Shown here piece by piece: positions 25,801-37,800 of a stretch of DNA of 64,000 nt (the stretch's first letter is position 1; every line of letters starts with the position of its first letter). A program made the translations under genes and the position numbers. Where the stretch lies: NCBI GenBank assembly GCA_964035545.1, contig OZ037766.1, positions 12,328,722 to 12,392,721 on the forward strand, given 5' to 3'. The notes under the pieces were generated by a model, which did no database searches, was not told the origin of the DNA, and saw nothing but the letters and a program-made list of their open reading frames with translations. The DNA is from Bugula neritina. Lineage: Eukaryota > Animalia > Bryozoa.

Positions 25801-28800
25801 AAAGGACTCACAATGGTAATTAAATGACTCTTTTTAAAAAGAAATTTCCTACTTGAAAAGCGATAGACTAGTAAAGTTATTTTAAAAAATCAGTTCTATA
25901 CTGACACACACCTGGTGTAACTTGAAGAGGAAGTCCATTTTCCTCTAAAACAGGGTCGCCAGCACTGTCCACCACAACTTCATGTTGTACAGGTGTTATT
26001 CTGGAGCCTCTGGGCACCGGCACAGGGCGGCCCCGTGGAGAATTAACAATTTGTCCAGCTGGAGAGACTAGTAAGAGACTGCGAGGAGCTGCTACTACTG
26101 GTTTACCTGTGTATAACCGCATATGGATATTGTATAACAACTCATGTGATATAGAGTAGTACTACACAAAACTCTGTATTATAATGCAAACCTCAAGTAT
26201 TATAACTTAACCAACAGTACCCTAACATAACACAATAGCCTACACACCGTATTTATCCGTCACTGGGACGTTGTCGGCTCCAGTAACACTGCCATCATCT
26301 GCTACTTCTAGAATCTGCGTGCCAGGTTTCACTGTGAGTGGATGACCTTGACTGTCCTTCACGGGATTGCCGTCAACGTCACGCAGGAAATTTTCACCGG
26401 GAGCCATAATAACACTTCCTGGAAACAGCAAATACTTGAAAGCTGCCAGTACCACACTTCGTTACAAGAACGAAAACAAAAAGGAATATTCCTCACCTTC
26501 AGGAACAAAGACTGGCTGAGTATTTTTATAGCAGACAGGTTTATCGTCAGGTCCAACAACAACTTCTTGACCTGCTGGAATCTTCAATGGGAACTGAGTT
26601 TTATCCAACAATTTTCCTGCTGAAATATGAAATGTGCAGATATAGTAATAATAGCTAAACTATTGGTGAATAGAGCAATCAACACTAGCGTATCAACTTT
26701 TCTGGTTTCTCAAACTGATGAGCTACAAAACACAAACTCAGTGTACATGAAATTGCAATTCTACAAATTTAAAGATAAAATTATGTAAGAAAAACTACAG
26801 CACACTTAATAGAATTTGCAGAAAATATACCTTGGCCTACAGTAGCATAGCCATCACTGTCACCTGTGAGCAGCCTGGTGCCTGGTGTCACCCAAACAGG
26901 CTGCGAGTTGTCATCTTCAACTACTGTCTTATCAGGACATACTATATAAAGGAGTTGACCAGGTTGGGCTATGTTCACACCTGCAAGCAGTGTAGGTTAG
27001 GATTCAGTATATATCTTCAAGGGAATGTGAAATCAATACAAACATGATTTCTCAGACCAGTGTCAGAAAAAAATCTAAGCATGTAAGTAAAATTTTGAAA
27101 TAAAATGCTATATAATCAAATTGTATAGACAGCTTCTACTTTTATTTTTTCTTAAGACCAGCAGTTTTTAGACCTAATGAAAAACCAATGCTTTACCTGG
27201 TTTAGTAACAACTGGCTGTCCTCTAGCATCAAGAATTGGCTGCAATGATTCAGCATCAACAAGAACTTCCTGTTCGGGAGCTGTAATGATTGGACGACCA
27301 ACCGAGTCGCACAGCTTACTGCCATCTGGAAGTTGTATCTTGCCAGTATCATCAGCCTGAAAAATTTCCAGGCAAAAAGTGAAACAAACAACAATAAACT
27401 GACGTATCATATTTTACCGGAATAGTCTATTTAACAGCACTTATTGATCTTGAAATTAATATTAATCCAAAGCTAAACAGTTGAGGTGTATAAAATCTTA
27501 GTTGCTTTTAAATAAGCATTCTTTTGAGCTTCTCAGCAGGTAACCTATGAGAGCCTCAATCCCTGCGTGAACCCCTGATGGTAAGAGGTAGGTGCAGTCA
27601 CAGCGAAATTGGGAACAGCTTATGTTCTGGATGTAAAATGGAGCAAAGAAAGTTATATTCTGGTGAGAATTTCAGCCTGAGGTCTAAACGAAAATTTGTT
27701 AAAGAAAATTAAAGAACTTGGGTCATTGAAATTTCTCCACTATTGCACCCAAATGAATGGTGAAGAGTTATGCAAATTGCTCCAGGGTAGAACTATAACA
27801 GTAATATAACATAGTGTAGACATACTTGTAGAATAATTGTGTCATTATTAACTGTTATAGAGCGGCCTTTGTGGTCAGCTACAGGGTGGCCTTCATTATC
27901 CAGAACGTACTTCTGTCTGGGAGCAATCACCACACTTCCTGCTGGAACCACCACCACGGCGCCATCTGGAAGAAAACCAAAAGTGAGTGAGAGCTTTTGT
28001 ATAAGACCAGCAAGTCAAACACTTATTAATAAATAATATAGAAAAAGTAACATAAAGCAAAAAGCTCTTCATAAAGAAGTGAGCAGTTAGTGTACTATAA
28101 ACTGATTTGTTACATATAAATTGCAATTAAACATCAATGACTGCGCGGTGAGAGCATCTGAGTATATTAGTAAGATAGATCAGGGAGCAGCCGTGGTCTG
28201 GGCGTTACAGCACTGGCTCAATAATCAATAAACAGAAAGTCAGTGGTTCAATCCCAAATAAAGGCAATTGGTGATGTTACGCAGAGCATCCGGTCATAAT
28301 TACTCCTTAGCCACAATAGTGAAGCACTTAACCTGCTTAAAAAAGCCCTTTCCATCAGGGTTTCTCACAGAGATGGCGACTATGAACCCAGTGAGTGAGC
28401 TTATCAGTGAAGTAAATAGTGCTGAGTAGATTTAAACTATGGCCACATGACTAACCTTTGTCTATGACAGGGTGGTAATCAGGACCAACAGCTATAACAG
28501 TCCCAGGAGTGTGTTTAAAGACCTTGCCATCTGCAGAGGTCAGCTTAGATCCGTCAGGTAGATACACAAAGTTATCTGATGCAACAGTCAGCAATGAAGA
28601 GCCTATAATATGGCAGCATTAACGTCAAAATCAAACTGTGTCCAACAAACATGCCTAACAGAAGAATAAAAAATAAATCAACATTCTTATGTTGGATGAG
28701 TGCAACCATTAAATAGAGATTGGTAAAATTAGTTGTTGGCTTGTAGTAGGTCACACAGCAACATCAACTCACGTCAATGCTTAAACCACTCCCTGTTCAA

Positions 28801-31800
28801 CATGTATATTCAGTATGAAATTAACACCTCAATTAGCCGCTTGTGTTTTTAAATATCTGCTTGATTTGATACATGAACAAATGATTTGGTTGCTGGATAT
28901 ATTACTAATTTATACTTGCAGAATCTGGCAAATACACCTGTTTGAGTCAAATGTGAACAATAATTATCAGTGTTGGTGACATCAGTTATTCAACTCAGTA
29001 ATGGCACATTGATGGCACGATAAAGTATGAAACTGGTTAACCATAAGCATTTGTATTTATGTACCTACGGACAGTTCTTATATTAAAACTAGTACTAATA
29101 TTGTGTGCATAGTGTAAGTAAGTGGTGCAGTATGTAGCAAGTCCAACACCATATGTGATGAAACCACTCACCTTGATCAACGCCGAGTGGTACTCCTTTT
29201 TCATTAGTGATGGCCTTGCCATCTGGCCCAAGAATGGCCTCCTCCTGTCCAGGAATAGTGAGCTTACTCCCTCCAGGCACGGTTATGACTCTAAAGAAAC
29301 ATTTAGCTTATATGTTATTGCAAATTATACGCGAAAACTGCACTTGGATCTAATACAATTTGACATAAAATCAGAAATCATAATTCAGACAAGTATTCAG
29401 AAATGATGTGTGGCAAAAAAGGTAGGGCAATTTATTAACTATCAACTTTTGAAAACCTAACATTTTGAAAACATATACTAGAAGCAGCAACAGTTTAACG
29501 CAGTTCCAAAAATTTGTGAACTCAAGCCGACTTCGTATTGGTAGGCAACATGAAATATGACCTTTACTTGTATAAAAATGTCACTACAATAGTATAGACT
29601 AAGTTTCTTACTTTCCATTCTTATCTGTTAGGGGGGTGTCTTCAGGTCCCAGTATAACTTTGCACACATTTGGGAGAATCTGTATCTGCCTTCCTTGTTT
29701 GTCGAGCACTGGTTCTCCAGTTGCACTGAAAACATAGCCTTGGCTATCCGGGACTACCACTTGACTTCCCACCGGCACTCTCAGGGCCTTACTGTCCTTA
29801 TCTGAACCAGAAGGAAAAGCATTGCGCATTGCAACAGCTGATGGCGAGAAACTTTAATTTGTCTAATAAATGTCACAAAATGTAGCATCCTAGGGGTTGC
29901 CATTAGAATGATCTTGTCAAACCACCCAATAGTACAGCTGTGTGGTAAAAATGCTGGTAAAGTGGTTATAAATACAATGAATAGCTGTGAACCAACATAA
30001 CGTGACATGACCTTGACATCAATTTGAAAAAGAAAACTGAAACCATAGCTAGACAAATAGCTGATATATGTAAAATCATAACTAAAAAGATGTACCAACA
30101 ACCTGCTATAAGAAACACATGTATACATGTACTCTGACATCATAATACAAAAATTGAACTAATTTTTTGTAACGACAGATATGTGTAAATGAGGCAAAAC
30201 AGACATCAGTTACATTCGCTAATCAGACAATCTCCTACCCCTCAACAGATATTGATTGAACTTACTTCTTCTGCGTGAATTTAGTACCTTTACTAAATAA
30301 AAAAGGCAATTTTCTATTACAGAAAGAAGAAAATAAAATAAATGTGGATATAAATTAAAAGCTATTTGATCGAAATCACACTGAAAGTTGAATTGAAGAT
30401 TTATCAAGAAGAAACCTACTTTTTAGCAATTTATTTCCTGGCACGACTATTACAGGCTCTTTTCCACCATCAACTTTTACTGACTTTCCATCTGCGGTGT
30501 GGATCCTCTTACCATCAAGCCCCTTAATCTTCCCGTCTTTTCCAGGGGTAACAACTTGAGACCCTGGGGCTACACGAACAAACTGTCCATCTCTGTCCAT
30601 AACTGCGTAAAAACACATTATTTACAATAATTATACACACAAAAATACAATACAGTACAGGTTTGAGGAAATCATCACGATTTTGTATCTATCCTATCAA
30701 ACTTTGCTGTACATGTATAGCACATATCAAGATATTTCAGACGATCAAGATTCCTGGATATGAGGTACTACTAGAACATATTATGTAACATATGAAGGAC
30801 GGCAGGTTGTAAACTAAGAAATCAGAAGAAGCAATGAGACATGCCAGATCACCTATGAGACTCAACCGTAGATGGCCGAGTTCAGGTGACACAACATTGT
30901 GTTAGACTCAGATTTCTACAGTGGCTGGAATAGCATGCAGCCGTCACCAGCGAAGAACAGATTTAGCCTTATCTTGCAATTTGATGACATAAAAACTTTA
31001 GAGAGAACATCTCTATCACTGTGAGCAATACAACTGTGCCTACTGCCAGCTACAGAATGTTTATCTTTCATTTAAAGAAAACTCTTAAAAGAAGAATTAT
31101 TTTTTTAAGAAAATGTAAACATACTAAATATTATTATCAACTAAAAAGATAGAAGTCAAGCAGCATTAGGTTATTAATTAATATTGGAATTCAACAAGAT
31201 TATAGCATCATGCAGAATATAAGTTCAGGTATAATAAATGTAGCTGCCATGGCTATATAAAACCCAAAGTTCACATATATCATGTGCATAGACAGACATG
31301 TAGGAAATATGTGCAAACTCTAGTTGTACTGGAATTTTGCAGCTGTATTTAATTTATCAAACAGAGACATGAATACCATTCCTCATATCAAAATAAACAT
31401 GTAATGCAGAGAAATGTAAATAAAGTTTATGAAGAGAGCATGTGTACACTACCTGATTTCCACAGAGCACGCTTTTTCTTCCCTAGTTAATTAAATAGTT
31501 ATAGTCAACAACTTTCTTGAAAAAGACATTGGGCTATATTATAATACGTGTTATGGTAGATTGTAATTATCCATAGTAAAAAATGGTGTTGAGACAGAGT
31601 GGGTATATATCACATATTTGGTTATGGTATCACAGTTACCTAGATTGAAGTCAGGGGAGACAACATATGCTGCTGATTCAGGGTTAACCTTGGTATTACT
31701 TCCATTAACCAACACCTCACTTCCGTCAGGCTTGACAAGACGACCTACAAATCAGAATCATTTATTAGAAATTCTTCAACTGAGTAGAGCAGCTTTATAA

Positions 31801-34800
31801 GGTTGAGGTCATATCAAAAGCTGACACAGGAATGTTGACTGAACTTTCATCTTGACAGCATTTTTTAAATAGTGAGCTAGAGGTAAACTCTGTATAAGTT
31901 GTAGGACAGGTTCAGCACCAGATTTAACCAGTTTAACAACTCCTAATCATTAGAGAAGGCAAGGGGCCAACCTAAACTTAATATTTATACATGCAATCAC
32001 TGGTTGTATAAAGTATACAAGAATTGATTAGGGCGTATAAAGCCAGTCCCTGCTTTTCATTGGTAGAATTGCACTAGCTATGAAACTATCCTAACATCAT
32101 ACAACACCATAAAACAATTAATGTGTAAACTGTTGTCTAATACAACACTAAGATGGTGGTTTGTCTAGCATCAGATGGTTGTTATGTTATCTTATAACAC
32201 TGCAAGGGCTGTGACACATTCTTAACCAAACAAATATGATAGTCAGCCCTGCTCCATAATAGGTAGATGACAGCACTAATGTACTTACAGCTCTATAATA
32301 TGTAATAAAGTAATTCATAAAACATATACAGGATGTCAAACAAAGCATCACAGAGTGTCTTCTCTATATACTTAAAGTCTAAAATTTCATTGAGGTCAAT
32401 TGTAGACGTGCACAGCTATGAGCTCAAGTGCAAGATAAAACTGAGATAGTTGCATCTCTTTGCTTTCCTACGACTCAACAAAAGAGTTACATATAGAAAA
32501 TGAACACTTACCATCAGAGTGGGGAATAAGCAATGTGCTGCCAGACAGTACCAGAATTGGTTTGGAGTCAGCACCAAGAACAGGTAGGCCATGCTTGTCC
32601 ACCACCACCTGCTGCATTGGTGGCACCTTGATGGCTTTACCATCGGGTCCGAGGATCTGGATAATAGAAAAAAAGCTTTATAAATTGCCAAAAAAAATTC
32701 TACTAGTTAGAAGAAGGAAAGAAATTACTGCAAGACAAGATACATGCACTACACATGTACTTTATTGGACTTTTTCCAACATTCGAAGCCTATGCACCCA
32801 CCATGTAAATATTTAAAGTAGCCGTCAGTTTCAGCAGACATAAACACACTACCTTAGACTTCCAGGTAACTCAATGCAGTAGAATCACCCACCTTTTTCT
32901 TATCTGCACCGTGCAGTGTACCATCATCACCAGCAGAGGCAAAGTGGCTAGAAGCAGGGACACGCACAATCTTTCCCTGAGCAGTCGTAACAACCTCCTG
33001 GTTGGGGGAGAGAATAACTGCTGCACAGAACTTGTCCACAACTTTCACAGGTTTCATAGAGTCATCTATAGAAAACACATCTTATATACATATATAGTGT
33101 TTTAGGGCTTCAAAGATTCTGCATCATGTTGATTAAAACGATAATATATTCTAACCCTGAAGATGAATAGAGAGGTATTTGAAGTATCAGTTTGCCATAT
33201 CCTTGTATAAATAAAGTAATGATAAAATGTTTCTCATTTATCTATTTCTGATAATATATTCAATATTAGGTTATCTGTATTAGTACTGTTTGCAAAGCTA
33301 ATTGATGAGCAGAATGACAGTATGGACAACATGGCAATAATATAGTTACGGTGCGTTACTCACCAGTTACAATTACACCAGCAGAGTTAGTTACTGTTCT
33401 GTCAACATTTGGATACACCAGTTTACTACCAGCAGGCACACACACTGGCTCATCATCTTCTCCGATCACTGGTCTGCCATTAGCAAACACTATGTAGTTC
33501 TGTAGACCTACAAATTATATCCGCATGTATTACAAAAACTCAGACAGGCATTGCTGGTTTTCATTACTGAATTTAAATTAAATTATGTTCCTCCCACTAA
33601 AAAATTCATTTATATTTAAAAACAAATAATGCTTGGAAAGGCACTTCAACCACTTAGCTGCTACAACAAACCACATAACCAATGTCATTGAGTTTCAAGC
33701 TAAGTATTTCACAAGAAGCCATGGAAGTGTAAAGTTACGAAAAGATGGCGATAATTTTTTAATAAAATCAAGTCTCGTTGAAATGAATTTATCCAGCTTG
33801 TCGCTAGTACCTCACAGCTTGTATATGAAAAGTTGTCAATAGCTAATGTTAATCTCATTTCCTATTAATTTTATGTCTAAGTAGCTTACCTGGAGCAATA
33901 AGCACACTGCCACCAACTACCGTAACCGGTTTACCAACCAGGTTCACAGTCTTCATATCAGGTCCCACAACTACAAGGACATCTGGGGCCGCGTGTCTCA
34001 AGACTGCAGCTTTGCCAGTGTCAGCGTCAATAACTTGCTTGTCATTTACCTGCAGGCAGATTATTGCATTGCTAGTGTTCAGGTACACCCAGTATCAGTG
34101 TTCATTAATAGAAGTGCTAATATATGTACAGGGATTACTCAAAATCGCTTCAACTGAGAAAAACATTACAGGAAGGCAACCCAAGCAATCATGGCAGACC
34201 TAATTATAGCAATAAATCAATAAACATTTAGTATGTCAGTTATAGCATAACCTAGAGCAATCTGAGAAAGAAGACCTACAAATAATAGCTACGCTTGATA
34301 AAAATTTTGTAAAGTAGATTCACTTGTAAAGTGTCACTAACATTACAATATGCTTCACCTACATTGGAATTATTATGATATGATGTAATACAGGAAGCAG
34401 TTTACCTTGATCCTTCCATCTTTCAACGGGGTAACGAGCTGTGTTCCAGCCTCAACAACTAAAGGATTCCTCTTGTCATCTAGCGTGAGTTTGCCAGAAG
34501 GCTCCAGAATGATTTTGTTACCACTGGGTTTCACTCGGATGATGTTACCTTCGGCATCTGTGTAGGGTTTGTGGTCAGGGCCATAGATGGTGCCATCTGC
34601 AGCAAGAGAGTATAGAGAGTGCTTGTCGTGAACGAGCACTATCGGCTTCCTGTCGGCTCCGTGTAACACCTTTCCATCTGGACCAATCACTTCTCCTGAA
34701 AGATGGCAGAAAGGCAGAGACACATGAAAATCACATGCGTGATTACAATATTGTTCTACAAATCAAATCAGAACTTCACATCATAATTTCTTGACCTAAG

Positions 34801-37800
34801 TATTGCAAAGCCTTGGAGTCTTCCTAAAAACTAAGGGTATCGAGACATTGTTATGGAACATTATGTGGAATTCTTTTCAACACAGCATAATCTTACAGAA
34901 AGTGACAGTATTCATGCAGCCAGCCACAGACATTAGAGACAGTAGGGTCATACAATAGACAAGTCAGTACCTGAGGTGGTCAGCACATATCCCGTCTCAG
35001 AGCCGCTGTCCTCCATGTACTGGGGAGCAGCTTCAGTAGCCGTAACAGTCTCTGGTGTTGTATATATATCGTACATCCCGGGGTCTTCACCTTTAGGTGG
35101 GATAAACACTCCCCCAACAGGCTCGTCATTCTTCTACAAACACAAAACAGTTGAAAGTTAATTAAACCGATCACTTAACTACAGTTAGAGACTCTGTCAA
35201 AACCTAACTATTCACTTACTTGCACATGAGTTGGTGCTGATGATTGTAATATCCTTTCCTTTACTTGGAAACTGCCATTACGGCTAACTTTTCTCTTTAG
35301 AGAAGAAAGCATTCTTTAATTTTTTAGAAAAAATTATGAAACCATGTTGAAATTTCAACTCATAATTTCAAATAGCAAATCTAAACTGCATGAAGCTAAG
35401 ATTCATGTATAACTTTGTCAATGAGTGTAACTAGTGTTTTCTGCAGCATTAAAAATGACGTAGAGCTTGCTTCACAGATCTGCCAACTACTTTATGGAAG
35501 TAAGAGACTAGAATATGTTCATATACAAAAAAGAATTAATATCTATTGCAAAAATTTTTGCTAGCTGTGAAATGATGCAAATGCTAAAGATGCTTATTCT
35601 TACATTGAGTAAATAAAATAAATTTAATTATTGTAGAAATAGTAATTTCCTGCTCAAAAACTACTACACTGTAGTAATTGGTCTATAAAATCTAAAGGAA
35701 AAAAGTTTAGCATATGGCAGGTCTGCTCAAATGGGAAAAGTGTCAGTGCTACTTTGACCTCTACAAATATTCCAACTACCTGGGAAAAATGCTCTCTAAA
35801 TGTTTATGTACTTTGTAAATATTTGTTGGCAGCTTTTAAACATGTCAAGCGATGCCGACTCATAATATGTGTGTAGACAACTCCTAAATGTACACAAGAT
35901 TAGTTACCCCATAATCCTGTCAGAATTATCAGGAGAAGAAATTCATAATCAAAGGTCAGAGTGAGTTGGGGATAGAAAGGCAAGATTGCCAGTTCTAACA
36001 TAAAGGTCTGAAAATGTCAGTAGGTCTTGGATACAACAAGGTATGTTTAATGAATAGGACGAAGGAAACAGACTGTTAATGCTAGCAACAAGAGAAATTT
36101 TCATACATCAAACTATTTTCTTTCAATCAAGTTCAGAAAATAAATTCTAACAGTTTTTATCTTGACTTTAAAAAAATTAAGATTAAAGTAGCAGACGTGG
36201 CCAAAAAGTCAATCGTGGTGAGAAATAGTCAAGAACGTTCTTAAAATCTTAAAACTGTGTTGAATAATTACAATTACTGTAGTGGGATGCTAAAAGTAAA
36301 ACCTACTTCAATAACTGCCAACTACAACTATTTTATTTGTAAATCCTCTGTATTTTGCAAGCTTTATTGCTGTCAATGTTAAGCAGAAAAATTACTATTC
36401 ATGAGAGGAGTGGTGAAACATTTAAATTTAATTTTGAGATAATCAATTTCAACGTGAAATTGCAATATCTGAAGGAAGCTTTTAATGTTATTTCAATGAT
36501 CACCATAGTGAAAATATGCAAGAATGAATCCGGTAGAAATGCAAAAATATCAAAACCACAAAATTAACATTAAAAATCTACATGAGTAGAATAAAATAAC
36601 CAAAAAAATTGCCTGATGAACTTTGACAGAGTTTTATAGTACCTATGGTATGTGCATGTGCTCGAAATGCTAAAAATTGCTATGTAACACTATTATAGAC
36701 ATACACTAGAAAAGTGTAACACTTTAGAGGCCAATGGGATAATAATAGAGCAAATTTTGCATATTTAGTTCTTTGTACTATTATTAGAGAAATATATTAG
36801 CCAAGAACTGTGCTGAGTGTAAACTACATAATGTGATCTATTTATAAAACAAAGGTAGAAAAACAAATTACACATAAAAAAAACATAATGTGAATGAAGA
36901 GAGTATTGGAGAAGTTAGTATGTTATTGGTTGAGGTACTGCAGAGTGGTTTGGAATACACATTTACACTTCACTGACCTTGTAAACTAAGTATAACAAAG
37001 CCTACCAAGTATATTATATATGGCAATTACACATGAGTACTAAATTTAAGACATCAACCCCATATGTGTACGAGTGTAATTATTATAGTCTGACCATGTA
37101 CAAATATACGCAACAATGACAGAAATAGGAAAAACATATACTACCTAACCACCTTTGCATGCATGTTTGAAAATGTTTAATGATTGCGAAAAATGTATTC
37201 TATCATTATGATGTTATCACGTTTTACTCATTTAGGAGCAGTAGCCTAGTGGAGAAATTGAGATAGCCTAACTACCGTTACTCACATCCTTTACCATTTA
37301 TAAAACAGCACCGAAGCCAGCAGAACAACAAACATCAGTAGCAGCTGCCAACATCAACACAACAACAATTTCAGCAATGAAGAAAGTATAGACATAGAAA
37401 GAGGAAGATATGTGGCACACAAACCTCATCTGGAGGAGCGGAGTCATCAGGAAGCTGAGTCTTCCAAAGCTCAGTTTCATACAAATTATCGATTTGACCA
37501 TCACCAGCGAGTTCGATGGAATGTGTGGGAATATTACTAGATAGCAGCTGTTGTTCCTATAAGCGACAACATTACTACATACATAGTGAGGCAACAACCA
37601 GCAGTGATAGCGTGTTACAACAATAAGCATGTGCATTAGATGAGCCACATTCATTACATTTCATTGTTTCATAGCAATAAGATCATAGAAGTCTTTTAAG
37701 GAGAGAAAAACTCCCAACATTACATGTTTACTCCTTAAAATGAGTTGAAAGGAAATTTATCGAAACATCTTTTGAGATTTTAGCAGTCAATAATGTATAC

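Noticed and set aside
25304-34695. Bacterial insertion or contamination, since the GPDG repeats superficially resemble bacterial surface-protein repeats
   Set aside because: Interrupted by 17 spliceosomal introns and in phase with the flanking ankyrin exons; ancient horizontal origin cannot be tested without a search
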